NCBI GenBank assembly: GCA_951406725.2
Contig: OX597818.1
Span: 93,620,001-93,684,000, forward strand
Direction of reading: 5' to 3'
DNA from: Octopus vulgaris
Lineage: Eukaryota
Length of the DNA stretch: 64,000 bases
Part shown: positions 15,040 through 27,769 of the stretch, one piece after another
Numbering within the stretch: the stretch's first letter is position 1
Layout: the number at the start of each line of letters is the position of its first letter
Notes under the pieces: generated by a model
The model's input: the letters and a program-made list of their open reading frames with translations, nothing else
What the model was told of the DNA's origin: nothing
Databases searched by the model: none
Program-made: the position numbers and the translations under genes

Positions 15040-15850
15040 TTGAAGGGTACTCTTAAATGGGCCAGTTATGCTACACTGGCATAGGCCATGGTTACAGTCT
15101 CATTTGGCTTGCTGGGTCTTCTCAAGCACAGCATATCTCTAAAGATCTCGGTCTCTTGTCATTGCCTCCGTGTGACCTAATCTTCAAAGGTCGTGCTTCA
15201 CCACCTCATCCCAGGTCTTCTTGGGTCTACCTCTTCCACAGGTGCTTTCCACTGTTAGGGTGTGACACTTTTTACACAGCTGTCCTCATCAATTTGCAGC
15301 ATATGACTATACCAGCACAGTCGTCTCTCTTGCACACCACATCTGATGCTTCTTATATTCAACTTTTCTCTCAGGGAACTTACACTCTGTCATGTATGCA
15401 CATTGACATTACACATCCAGTGGAGCATACTAGCTTCATTTCTTGCAATCTTACGTGCGTCCTCAGCAGTCACAGCCCATGTTTCACTGCTGCGTAGTAT
15501 GGCTGTTCGCACACATGCATCATACAGTCTTACCTTTCACTCTGAGCAAAAACCCTTTGCTACAAGCAGAGGTAGGATCTGTCTGAACTTTGCCCAGGCT
15601 ATTCTTATTCTAGTAGCTACACTCTTAGAGCATTCACATCTGCTACTGACTTGGTCACCTCGGTAATGGAAGCTATCAACTACTTCTAGTGTTTTCCCCT
15701 GCATGTGATGGAAGCTGTTTTCTGCACATTTTCGGTGTTTATTGCCTCTGTGCATTTGCCACACAAAAACTAGTTTCACAGTTAGCACCTCTTATGTGTC
15801 CATAGCTTACACCTGGGTACATCTTATGGAGTTTCTACTTATGCCTTTTC
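15040..15850 (-). mobile_element. Degenerate RTE-clade LINE, RT C-terminal fragment
   Basis: GKTLEVVDSFHY.GDQVS...RIRIAWAKFRQILPLL and LYDACVRTA..SETWAVTAED. Same family as 61715-62751. Confidence 0.85.
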
Positions 15851-15881
15851 TACAGATTGAGTATAGATATATATACATACG

Positions 15882-15923
<42 letters not shown>

Positions 15924-15964
15924 TATATTCATGTAGATATACATGTGTGTACATATATACATAT

Positions 15965-16014
<50 letters not shown>

Positions 16015-16235
16015 TCATTATAGGGTGGCAAAAAAAATTTTTTAGAATTTTTTTGCCACCAGCGGCCTAGTGGGAAAAAATTAAATAGTCATAGACCATT
16101 TATAAGTTCAACATCACAATCAAGGAACGGCCATAATAGGCCATTCACCCACTAGAAATAACAGCCAAAGCTTCAACCGCAAAATAACATTAATTCCGTA
16201 AACCAGGAGAAAATTAAAAAAACATTTACCCTGTA

Positions 16236-16342
16236 ATTTCTTATACGATGCACCGTTTCATCTACTGTTTAATGGTAAACTAACCTGATTAAATTAAATC
16301 AAGCCAATCTTCCATAGGCCCTTAGATTCCTCAGTAAGAAAT
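16236..16342 (-). ncRNA. Type I hammerhead ribozyme, monomer 1 (also 16726-16832, 17215-17321, 17705-17811, 18197-18303, 18686-18792, 19178-19284)
   Basis: ATTTCTTA-CTGAGGA-ATCTA-[58 nt]-TAGAT-GAAA-CGGTGCATCG-TA/TAAGAAAT. Full CUGANGA/GAAA core, 8-bp stem I, 5-bp stem II, near-palindromic stem III and GUA cleavage triplet. Confidence 0.88.
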
Positions 16343-19300
16343 AGCCAGAACGGAACAGATATTTTCACGAGGCATTTCTGTCCCTGCCTCGGCAATATCT
16401 GACCTAAAATTTTCAAATCATCGCACTCGCGCCAAATTTATCGGCAGCAAATAAATATAAGCCACCGATTCCATTACGGAATCAACCAGAAAATTCGTAA
16501 TTAATCAATATAGGGTGGCAAAAAAGATTTTTTAGAATTTTTTTGCCACCAGCGGCCTAGTGGGAAAAAATTAAATAGTCATAGACCATTTATAAGTTCA
16601 ACATCACAATCAAGGAACGGCCATAATAGGCCATTCACCCACTAGAAATAACAGCCAAAGCTTCAACCGCAAAATAACATTAATTCCGTAAACCAGGAGA
16701 AAATTAAAAAAACATTTACCCTGTAATTTCTTATACGATGCACCGTTTCATCTACTGTTTAATGGTAAACTAACCTGATTAAATTAAATCAAGCCAATCT
16801 TCCATAGGCCCTTAGATTCCTCAGTAAGAAATAGCCAGAACGGAACAGATATTTTCACGAGGCATTTCTGTCCCTGCCTCGGCAATATCTGACCTAAAAT
16901 TTTCAAATCATCGCACTCGCGCCAAATTTATCGGCAGCAAATAAATATAAGCCGCCGATTCCATTACGGAATCAACCAGAAAATTCATAATTAATCAATA
17001 TAGGGTGGCAAAAACAATTTTTTAGAATTTTTTTGCCACCAGCGGCCTAGTGGGAAAAAATTAAATAGTCATAGACCATTTATAAGTTCAACATCACAAT
17101 CAAGGAACGGCCATAATAGGCCATTCACCCACTAGAAATAACAGCCAAAGCTTCAACCGCAAAATAACATTAATTCCGTAAACCAGGAGAAAATTAAAAA
17201 ACATTTACCCTGTAATTTCTTATACGATGCACCGTTTCATCTACTGTTTAATGGTAAACTAACCTGATTAAATTAAATCAAGCCAATCTTCCATAGGCCC
17301 TTAGATTCCTCAGTAAGAAATAGCCAGAACGGAACAGATATTTTCACGAGGCATTTCTGTCCCTGCCTCGGCAATATCTGACCTAAAATTTTCAAATCAT
17401 CGCACTCGCGCCAAATTTATCGGCAGCAAATAAATATAAGCCGCCGATTCCATTACGGAATCAACCAGAAAATTCATAATTAATCAATATAGGGTGGTAA
17501 AAAAAATTTTTTAGAATTTTTTTGCCACCAGCGGCCTAGTGGGAAAAAATTAAATAGTCATAGACCATTTATAAGTTCAACATCACAATCAAGGAACGGC
17601 CATAATAGGCCATTCACCCACTAGAAATAACAGCCAAAGCTTCAACCGCAAAATAACATTAATTCCGTAAACCAGGAGAAAATTAAAAAAACATTTACCC
17701 TGTAATTTCTTATACGATGCACCGTTTCATCTACTGTTTAATGGTAAACTAACCTGATTAAATTAAATCAAGCCAATCTTCCATAGGCCCTTAGATTCCT
17801 CAGTAAGAAATAGCCAGAACGGAACAGATATTTTCACAAGGCATTTCTGTCCCTGCCTCGGCAATATCTGACCTAAAATTTTCAAATCATCGCACTCGCG
17901 CCAAATTTATCGGCAGCAAATAAATATAAGCCGCCGATTCCATTACGGAATCAACCAGAAAATTCATAATTAATCAATATAGGGTGGCAAAAAAAATTTT
18001 TTAGAATTTTTTTTTGCCACCATCGGCCTTGTGGGAAAAAATTAAATAGTCATAGACCATTTATAAGTTCAACATCACAATCAAGGAACGGCCATAATAG
18101 GCCATTCACCCACTAGAAATAACAGCCAAAGCTTCAACCGCAAAATAACATTAATTCCGTAAACCAGGAGAAAATTAAAAAAACATTTACCCTGTAATTT
18201 CTTATACGATGCACCGTTTCATCCACTGTTTAATGGTAAACTAACCTGATTAAATTAAATCAAGCCAATCTTCCATAGGCCCTTAGATTCCTCAGTAAGA
18301 AATAGCCAGAACGGAACAGATATTTTCACGAGGCATTTCTGTCCCTGCCTCGGCAATATCTGACCTAAAATTTTCAAATCATCGCACTCGCGCCAAATTT
18401 ATCGGCAGCAAATAAATATAAGCCGCCGATTCCATTACGGAATCAACCAGAAAATTCATAATTAATCAATATAGGGTGGCAAAAAAAATTTTTAGAATTT
18501 TTTTGCCACCAGCGGCCTAGTGGGGAAAAAATTAAATAGTCATAGACCATTTATAAGTTCAACATCACAATCAAGGAACGGCCATAATAGGCCATTCACC
18601 CACTAGAAATAACAGCCAAAGCTTCAACCGCAAAATAACATTAATTCCGTAAACCAGGAGAAAATTAAAAAACATTTACCCTGTAATTTCTTATACGATG
18701 CACCGTTTCATCTACTGTTTAATGGTAAACTAACCTGATAAAATTAAATCAAGCCAATCTTCCATAGGCCCTTAGATTCCTCAGTAAGAAATAGCCAGAA
18801 CGGAACAGATATTTTCACGAGTCATTTCTGTCCCTGCCTCGGCAATATCTGACCTAAAATTTTCAAATCATCGCACTCGCGCCAAATTTATCGGCAGCAA
18901 ATAAATATAAGCCGCCGATTCCATTACGGAATCAACCAGAAAATTCATAATTAATCAATATAGGGTGGCAAAAAAAATTTTTTAGAATTTTTTTTTGCCA
19001 CCAGCGGCCTAGTGGGAAAAAATTAAATAGTCATAGACCATTTATAAGTTCAACATCACAATCAAGGAACGGCCATAATAGGCCATTCACCCACTAGAAA
19101 TAACAGCCAAAGCTTCAACCGCAAAATAACATTAATTCCGTAAACCAGGAGAAAATTAAAAAAACATTTACCCTGTAATTTCTCATACGATGCACCGTTT
19201 CATCTACTGTTTAATGGTAAACTAACCTGATTAAATTAAATCAAGCCAATCTTCCATAGGCCCTTAGATTCCTCAGTAAGAAATAGCCAGAACGGAACAG

Positions 19301-19889
19301 ATATTTTCACGAGGCATTTCTGTCCCTGCCTCGGCAATATCTGACCTAAAATTTTCAAATCATCGCACTCGCGCCAAATTTATCGGCAGCAAATAAATAT
19401 AAGCCGCCGATTCCATTATGGAATCAACCAGAAAATTCATAATTAATCAATATAGGGTGGCAAAAACAATTTTTTAGAATTTTTTTGCCACCAGCGGCCT
19501 AGTGGGAAAAAATTAAATAGTCATAGACCATTTATAAGTTCAACATCACAATCAAGGAAAAAAAATTGGTGGCAAAAAAATTCTAAAAAAAAAAAATTTT
19601 TTTTGCCACCCTATATTGATTGTGATGTTGAACTTGATTGTGATGTTGAACTTATAAATGGTCTATGACTATTTAATTTTTTGCCACTAGGCCGCTGGTG
19701 GCAAAAAAATTCTAAAAAATTATTTTTACCACCCTATATTGATTAATTATGAATTTTCTGGTTGATTCCGTAATGGAATCGGCGGCTTATATTTATTTGG
19801 CGCGAGTGCGATAATTTGAAAATTTTAGGTCAGATATTGCCGAGGCAGGGACAGAAATGCCTCGTGAAAATATCTGTTCCGTTCTGGCT

Positions 19890-19996
19890 ATTTCTTACTG
19901 AGGAATCTAAGGGCCTATGGAAGATTGGCTTGATTTAATTTAATCAGGTTAGTTTACCATTAAACAGTAGATGAAACGGTGCATCGTATAAGAAAT
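19890..19996 (+). ncRNA. Type I hammerhead ribozyme in the inverted monomer
   Basis: Same motif read on +: CTGAGGA 19898-19904, GAAA 19973-19976, predicted cleavage after 19988. Confidence 0.88.
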
Positions 19997-20114
19997 TACA
20001 GGGTAAATGTTTTTTTAATTTTCTCCTGGTTTACGGAATTAATGTTATTTTGCGGTTGAAGCTTTGGCTGTTATTTCTAGTGGGTGAATGGCCTATTATG
20101 GCCGTTCCTTGATT

Positions 20115-20151
<37 letters not shown>

Positions 20152-20479
20152 CATCCAGCTGTAGAAACACTGCCAGATCAGACTGGAGCCTGGTGCAGCC
20201 TCCTGGCTTTCCAGACCCCAGTCGAACCGTCCAACCCATGCTAGCATGAAAAATGGACGTTAAACGATGATGATGATGTTGATGATATATATGTAGTTGA
20301 CAGATGAGATACAGATGTTCTCTGTATAGAAGACATTTAGTAGTGCTCAAAAGATTCACAGTTACACTCCGATGTCTTTACAGGGGATCATTCCACAAGG
20401 TAAAGTAAGGCTATAAGGGGCATCACTGGTCACAAAGCATTTCTACAATATATATCTGTGTGTGTGTGTGAGTGTGTGA

Positions 20480-20667
20480 CACCATGATAGATCGTTAGCT
20501 ACTACACACATTTTTTTCTCTCCTTGTTTTTTCTGTGTACCTTTCTGTAGAAGAGCGTAGGCTCGAAACGTAAAAGACTTTTTCTATTCCTGAGCGCTAT
20601 ACTAATACATCTGTTTGTTTGTACACCACCTGCCTTTGTCTTTTGTTTATTTTCGTAAACTTTCCCT
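20480..20667 (+). mobile_element. Non-autonomous Penelope-like remnant with a degenerate minimal hammerhead
   Basis: CTTT-CTGTAGA-A-GAGC-GTAG-GCTC-GAAACGTA-AAAG, with one core mismatch. The 3' end runs into (TA)n. Confidence 0.55.
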
Positions 20668-22427
20668 TTATATATATATATATAGCCTGAGTATAAATTT
20701 AGTAAAGTGAACTTATTCGTAGCAGATGTTCTCTTGACATCGTTCACACACCTAACTCAAGCTCAGAATTTACATCCCGAGTTGTTATCTAAAGTTGTGA
20801 AAATTAAAAGTAATTCAAATTTAATGTGTTCTTGTAACAATAAATTTCCATAGAGATTAGGGTTTAAATTTATGAACAGTTTCCGTCCTGCATTATTCTT
20901 AAAGGAATGAAAAATTATCCAGCAACTTGGGCTAAAATGAACAAGCCTTGTAGGTGTAAAAGACTAACTGGCATCTCTTGTCAAGGGTGCAGGTGACAGT
21001 CAGAGCACTGATGTTTGTTGTGCACTCCACTGTTGTTATTTGATTGCTGCTTTTCTGTGTGTCTGTATGTAAAGATCAATTGTGTTTTGCAGGGTTGCTT
21101 TAGTTTTACCCTTAACTTAGACATGGAGAAAGATATAGTGCTAGATATAAAAAAAATAAGCCATTTGGGGCTAGAAATATTGTGGAAAATGTGAAATTCT
21201 TTGAGTAGGCATGTATTTTATGTGAAATCTGTTATGAACCCAAGTGATGAAATCTGCAATGAGCTCAAGTGATGAAATCTGGGATGAGCCTGAGTGACGC
21301 TGAAGAACTGGTGTAACCTCTGGTATAAATATGTGTGTGTGTGTGTGTGAGTGTGAGAGAGAGAGTCTGTGTGTGTGTGTGGTCATAGGGAAATATTACC
21401 TTACTTGGAGACAAGTGAGGGTTGTTAACAAGAAGAATGTCTGGCATACAAATTCTGCCTCAATGAAATCCATCTAACCCATGTAAACATAGAAAAATGG
21501 ACGTTAAAACAATGATAATGATCATGATGATGATGATAAATTAGAGATATATACTCTGGTCTTTAGATCTCCTCTAACATATGACTTTAGTCTTTCAAAT
21601 TAGTTACAAATGAGGTTAGTTGAGCTTGTTAATGTATATCTAATTACAATTAGATACAATTTAAAAGAGAGAGAGAGAGAGAAAGAGAGAGTACAGTCAT
21701 TAACTTCTTTGAAAATCTGTAGCTAAGAATCGCAGACAACGTTTATTGTGAATCCAATTGTGGACAAGGATTTTACCCTTGAACTCACTGGACACATGAT
21801 TTATTTATATCTTTTGTAAAGAATCTCTCATTCTTTTGTCCATTAAAGTTATTGTAAAGAACCTCCCTCTCTTTCTCCTCTCTCTTTTTTGTTCTTTAAT
21901 CATCATCATCATCATCATCGTTTAACGTCCGCTTTCCATGCTAGCATGGGTTGGAAGGTTCAACTGGGGTCTGGAAAGCCAGGAGGTTGCACCAGGCCCA
22001 GTCTGATCTGGCAGTGTTTCTACAGCTGGATGCCCTTCCTAATGCCAACCACTCCATGAGTGTAGTGGGTGCTTTTTACATGCCACCAGCACAGGTGCCA
22101 GGCAAGGCTGGCAATGGCCACGATCGGATGGTGCTTTAATGATTTTGTAAATAATTTTTTAAACTCAATCATGACTATTTGAATATTCTTAAGGTAACAT
22201 TTCAATGTTTGTCACTGTTATTTCAGATATTTAATGCCCACTTTTGCTTTCACCTTTTGGAACATATTGATTATATTCAGCAAGCTAGAGCACTTTTCAA
22301 TATCATATATATTTATACACACACACATATATATGTGTGTGTATGTTACTTCATTGCTTCCTCAACTCTCTTTCTTTCTCTCTTTCTTCCTCTGATATAT
22401 GTATGTGTGTGTGTGTGTGTGTGTGTA

Positions 22428-22790
22428 TTAGGTTGTTTCACATGAAATGTCATATTTGAAAGGTAACAATAAAATGTTTCAGAAGTGTTAGAGAACTGAT
22501 TTATTTAATCAAAGTATGATCCATGTTCATTTATGACATTTACCCAACGTTTCTCTATCTCATATATTCCATCTTTAAAAAGAAATTCATCTTTTGCTGT
22601 GATAAATTGTCTGAATGCTTCAATTACCTCTTCTCTATTTAATAATATTTTATTGCTTATGAAACGCTCAAAATGCTTAAATAAGTCATGATCAGTAGGA
22701 GAAAGATCAGGGGAATAGGGAGGATGTTGCAAAATCTCATAATTCAGGCTTTGCAACTTTTGAACTGTAGCTTGGTAAGTAAACTTTTTA
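22428..22790 (-). mobile_element. mariner 3' fragment
   Basis: LQHPPYSPDLSPTDH.LFKHF...GI....RW..VI...GSYFD, plus a terminal TIR. Confidence 0.85.
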
Positions 22791-22934
22791 ACCACATAGC
22801 CATGTTTCAACTTGTTGTTCCCATGGTGCAAATTGAATCTAGGTGAAAGCCAGGATCCTCATCTCTTTTTTTTTCACTTTTATGTTTTTTACAGTCTTTG
22901 CACTGTGACTGGTGTTGTTTGCAGAAAGAAACTG

Positions 22935-23079
22935 ATGATGACAATGAAGAAGATGGAGAAGGTGATTTGCTTGAAGTATTTGACTGCGGTGATATACATC
23001 GCTCTTCTACCTAAAGTTAATAGCCAAAATGGTGGAAATACAAATGTTATCAGACCTGATGTTACTGAAAGTATTACAT
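22935..23079 (+). CDS. Type I membrane protein (CUB-like ectodomain), coding exon 1: signal peptide
   Basis: MMTMKKMEKVICLKYLTAVIYIALLPKVNSQ... Acceptor TTGCAG ends at 22924 and donor GTATGT starts at 23080. Phase 1 joins the 27537 exon in frame (..ESIT-Y-YLDK..). Confidence 0.75.
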
Positions 23080-23219
23080 GTATGTATACATTACTTTGAT
23101 AATTACTTTTGTTTTGGTATTAATTTGTTAATTTATGCTGATGGTTCATGTAGGATTTGTGTATTTAAGATTAGATAGTTGATGAGAAGTAAAATTAAAC
23201 CCTCAGGCGAGGTTTACTA

Positions 23220-24452
23220 TCAGGTCATTAAGAATGAAATGTCTGATTTTCTTATGCACCAAGTTTGACAGTCACTAACTTTAATGACAATTCTTTGTTT
23301 TACAACATTGAAGAGTTACATCATCACTTTTCAAAATGCAATTCATAGGTTTTCTCTTGAAAATCAATTTTTGTGAACCCATGGATAAATAAAAAATTTA
23401 TGTTGTTTATGAATATGAGTTCCGTTGTGAAACCAATGCATCAATAAGGTGTTTGGTGAAGATGTGGCAAATGAGCGGACTGTATGTTGATGGTCTGAGA
23501 AGTTCCAGTCTGGTGACTTTACTCTTGAAAATCAGCCTCGTGGTATACCTGAGACCAAGGTGGATAATGAGGTGCTGGGACCTGTAGTGGAGGTAGATAC
23601 ATCTCAAACTATGCATAAGTTAGCAGCAATGTTCGATGTTTTGATTCCAACTGTACTGGGCCATCTGAAATAAATCAGCAAGGTAAAGAAGCTGAACAAG
23701 TAGGTACCACACCAACTGAATGAGCATCAAATGACACGTCGTCTTGAAACTTGCAGTTCTTTGCTGTCACAGCATAAAAGCGAACCATTTTTGCATCATA
23801 TTGTTTTGTGTGATGGAAAATGGATTCTTTTCAACAATAGCAAGTGTTCTGCACAGTGGTTGGATAGAGACAAAGTGCCAAAACACAATCAAAAAAAGAA
23901 TATTCACCACAAAAATCGATTGTCTATTTGATGGTCTAGCACTGGTGTCAGCCATTACAGCTTCATGAGACCTGATAAGTCAATTACAGTGGATGTATAC
24001 ATCAACCAAGTGGATGAAATAATGAATGAGTTTGCAATTAAACAACTGAGATTAGTCAATAGAGACAGGCCAAGTCTCTTGTAAAACATGCTCGACCACA
24101 TGTTGCACAAAGAACGCTACTCAAATTACAAGAACTGAACTTGAAAGTACTCTGTCATCCACCATATTCACCAGACTTTGCACCAACTGATTATCATGTT
24201 TTCCAGGCTTTAGACAACTTTTTGCAAGGAAAAAACTTCAAACCTGAAGAAGATGCAAAAATATCTATTGCGATTTCATCACCTCTTGCTCTCCAGAATT
24301 CTTTGCTGCTGGCATAAATAAGCTGCTGATAAAATGGCAAAATTGTGTCAATAATTTAGGTGCATACTTTGATTAACTGCATTGCTTTTTGTTGAGATGA
24401 ACTAAAATAAACTTTCTGTTCAAAATTGGACATTTCATTCTTAATGACATGA
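23220..24452 (+). mobile_element. Full-length but decayed mariner (DD34D) element
   Basis: TIRs TCAGGTCATTAAGAATGAAATGTC / GACATTTCATTCTTAATGACATGA with TA flanks. VPHQL, CDGKWI and HPPYSPDFAPTDY motifs interrupted by stops. Confidence 0.9.
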
Positions 24453-24887
24453 TATTTTTTGTCTTATGTTCTGTCTTCATACTTTCATTATATTTCTGTT
24501 GAAAAATGCTGCCTTTGTCTCAACTTATTTTGAAAATAAAGAAGAATTTAGTAAAGTAACTTTTTCATTATTGAGCTGGTGTTTTCAACAAAAGCTAACA
24601 TGAAACTTTGATGGAAGGTTTTAATTTAGATCATTTTAAAACAGAGTTTGTATCATTTAACCATGGATGCTCTTAGATAGCTTGGCATAAAAAAGGGGTT
24701 AATATCCTGTTTATCTAATTAATTTCTATCTACAGATTAATTACTATTTTCTATCTTGTTATATCTAGTACAAGGCTACAAATTTGTAGGGTTGGAGGAT
24801 ATGGTCAAGTATTTCTCTCCCAGTATTCGTTATTATGTACATGGTGATGTTCCTTTAGAATAATAAAAGGTAAAGTTAGGTTTAGTA

Positions 24888-24942
<55 letters not shown>

Positions 24943-24945
<3 letters not shown>

Positions 24946-26552
24946 TTGCGGTCAAAATGTTCAGAACGGCATTGTTTTCGTCAGAAAAGTAGGCATAAGT
25001 TTTTATCAAAGTTGTTTTATATTCTATAATTTTCACAGACAATAAATACAATATTATTTGTTATTGCCTGAGAATTTGGTGTAATTTAAGAGGATAATAC
25101 AAAAGTTATGGATGATTTAGTGATTTACTGCAAAACCCATGGCGGCCAAAATGATCAGAACAGTTGCTTTTACTCCGTGTTTTAGTATATTTAACCGGCG
25201 AACTCTAATGTTTTGAATTTGTTTATGTGACGGTTCATTTACTAAACATTAGTAAGAATATTTGCAGTGTACTTTGTTAATATAATGCCACTTACTCCGT
25301 TACCAATTCGTCAGCAGATTATTAAGCTTCGAAAGAAGGATAATTTAAGTATTGGATCTATTGCAAAGATTGTTAACAAGTCAAAAAGTGTTGTACACGG
25401 TATTCTTAAGGTCTACGATGATAGTGGTTCGTGTGAAGCAAGAAAATTTACAGGTAGGCCAAGAAAAACGACCAAGAGAGAAGATCCTGCAATGGTAAAG
25501 TTGGTTAAAAAGGACAGATTTAAAACTGCTGCTGCTGTTTCTCGGAAAATGAGCATTGTATTGAAGAAAACTTTATCTCGAAAAACTGTATCTCGTCGTT
25601 TAGTTGAACATGACCTACAAGCAAGAGCACCTGCAGTGAAGCCACTGATCAGCTCCAAGAATAAAAAGTGTCGTCTTACCTTTGCAACCAAACATGTGTT
25701 GTGGTCTCAAGAAAAATGGCAAACGATGCATTTCAGTGATGAATCTAAGTTTATGTTATTTGGTTCAGATGGGAAAAGTAGGTGAAAAATTGTTGCCTAA
25801 ATGCCTTAAGACTAGTGTTAAATTTGGTGGAGGAAGTGTCATGGTTTGGGGTATGATATCTGGAGATGGTGTGGGCCCTTTGGTGCGATTACATGAAAAG
25901 GTAAATGCAGGAGTTTATAAACAACTTGTAAAAGATCATGTCTTGCCTGTGCTGAGAAATTTAACTAAGCGACCACCCATATTCATGCAGGACAATGCCC
26001 CATGTCACAAGGCTAAGGTGGTCATATACTTCCTCAAGGCTGAAAAGGTTATTGTTATGGATTGGCCTGCTCAAAGCCCAGATCTCAATCCTATTGAAAA
26101 TGTGTGGAATATTCTAGGAGAACGTTCGAAAGCCAGAAATCCTAAAACTGCTGAGCAATTATGGAATGCCCTTCAGGAAGAATGGAATAAGATCACCCAG
26201 CAAGAAATTGAAAATTTAATTTCCTCATGCAGTCGAAGATGTCAGAGTGTGATTGAAGCCAAAGGGCTTCACACTAAATATTAAATAATTCCAGTATTCT
26301 CTGTCATTTTTGATTATTTTGTTATTTTTTTCAACCGTTCTGATCATTTTGGCCACCATGGGTTTTGCAGTAAATCACTAAATCATCCATAACTTTTGTA
26401 TTATCCTCTCAAATTACACCAAAATCTCAGACAATAACAATTAATATTGTATTTATTGTCTGTGAAAATTATAGAATATGAAACTACTTTGATAAAAAAG
26501 TATATCTACTTTTCTGACGAAAACAATGCCGTTCTGAACATTTTGGCCGCAA

Positions 26553-26555
<3 letters not shown>
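24943..26555 (+). mobile_element. Tc1 (DD34E) transposon with ~220-bp IR/DR-type TIRs; transposase 25285-26284 frameshifted near 25780
   Basis: CAGTTGCGGTCAAAATG...CATTTTGGCCGCAACTG inserted in (TA)n. Motifs GRPRK, FSDESKF, QDNAPCH and SPDLNPIE with 34 aa between D and E. Confidence 0.95.
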
Positions 26556-26604
<49 letters not shown>

Positions 26605-27536
26605 CTATATATATATAGTGACTTACATGAATACTATGACTTCAATGATTCTGCATGCCACTTCTCTCCAGGGGCACTGTACTACCGGTAATATTTTGTT
26701 AATTTGCTGGCTTTAAATTTCCCTTAAATGTCCCTTGGAAAGGGATGGCCTCCTCTGCTGATGTTGGGAGATATGTACCCAGCGACACTGACTAATAATT
26801 TACCATATTGATATGAAAAGGCATGAACTCCACCACAGTAACTTAACACTCTTCCACATCAACATGAAGAGGCAGGCTGTTGTTACTTAACTCTAGGTGT
26901 GCTCTAATCAAGCAGACCTATGATTAATAATAGCATTCCTGCCCTCCTGTCTTTTTCCTACAGTATAGTCCCCTTCTCTTGTAAAAGTTGGTCCTTGTGA
27001 ATTGTTACAAAGAAATTGATATTTTCATTTAATTTTGTCCACTTTATAGAGAACACAGGATCCCATTATCCAACATATTCTTTTTAAGATAGTTGGTTCT
27101 ATTTCCAGAAGATCAAGCAACCATGCAGAGGCTCCTTTACTCCAGTATGCTAACATAGTACTCCACCATACTGACATGTATTCAATCATACCACTTAACT
27201 GGTTTTCTTCATATACTTTATACAAAGGTGAAGAGTGGTACATCTATGATCTTATCAGTTGTGAGAATCACAGAACCCCATACAATAGTTGGTCAAATAC
27301 CTTTTATGCAGCTGACTCCGATGGTAATAGTATCAATGTATTATTGATATGATGGGTTACTTGATTTTGAAATTAGGGACTAAAACTAGAGTTCACTATA
27401 CCCTTTTAATATACCAGAAGAAATATGATTTTCTCTTAAGAAAGAAATCGGTCTTCTAGCCATTTATAAGTTATTGTTTGATTTTTATTTAAATTTTGTA
27501 TTCCATTCTTATAAATTTATATTTGTTAAATTTCAG

Positions 27537-27769
27537 ATTATTTAGACAAAAGCCAAGATTGTAATGGTAATATCCAAGAAGTGTCCAACCAAGTCATCAT
27601 AACTGCTCCAGGTGGAGCAAATGGCAATTCAGTGCCTTCCTCCTGTACCATTACTCTACGTAGTGCTACTTTGAAGCCCACTATATTTCAGCTAAATATC
27701 CAGACAGTGGTCTTGGAGTGTTCAATGAACTTCTACATTTTTGATGGGACTGAAGAACAAACAACATTG
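27537..27769 (+). CDS. Membrane protein coding exon 2 (CUB-like domain, first part)
   Basis: TTTCAG acceptor and GTAAGT donor. YLDKSQDCNG...SCTITL...LECSMNFYIFDG has CUB-like Cys spacing and a YIFDG motif. Confidence 0.85.

Larger units (their letters stand above)
16009..20118 (-). mobile_element. Tandem array of ~490-bp hammerhead-containing monomers (candidate non-LTR retrozyme): 7 full + 1 partial copies, then an inverted ~1 monomer
   Basis: Unit starts at ~16011, 16501, 16991, 17480, 17970, 18462, 18951 and 19443, with few substitutions between units. Orientation flips at ~19560-19635. (TA)n on both flanks. Confidence 0.9.
21175..24442 (+). repeat. Left arm of a large inverted segmental duplication (partner 59653-64000)
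   Basis: Near-identical ORFs on opposite strands (22505/61285, 22812/61017, 23407/60479, 23767/60140) and matching non-coding sequence. Confidence 0.95.

Noticed and set aside
16009-19560. Array as a CRISPR, rDNA/5S or snRNA cluster
   Set aside because: No unique spacers and no recognisable rRNA, tRNA or snRNA sequence; the context is eukaryotic.
16009-19560. ADAR (A>G) editing signature among array monomers
   Set aside because: Two variants fit A>G on the RNA strand, but the others are CpG transitions and transversions, so no bias is visible.
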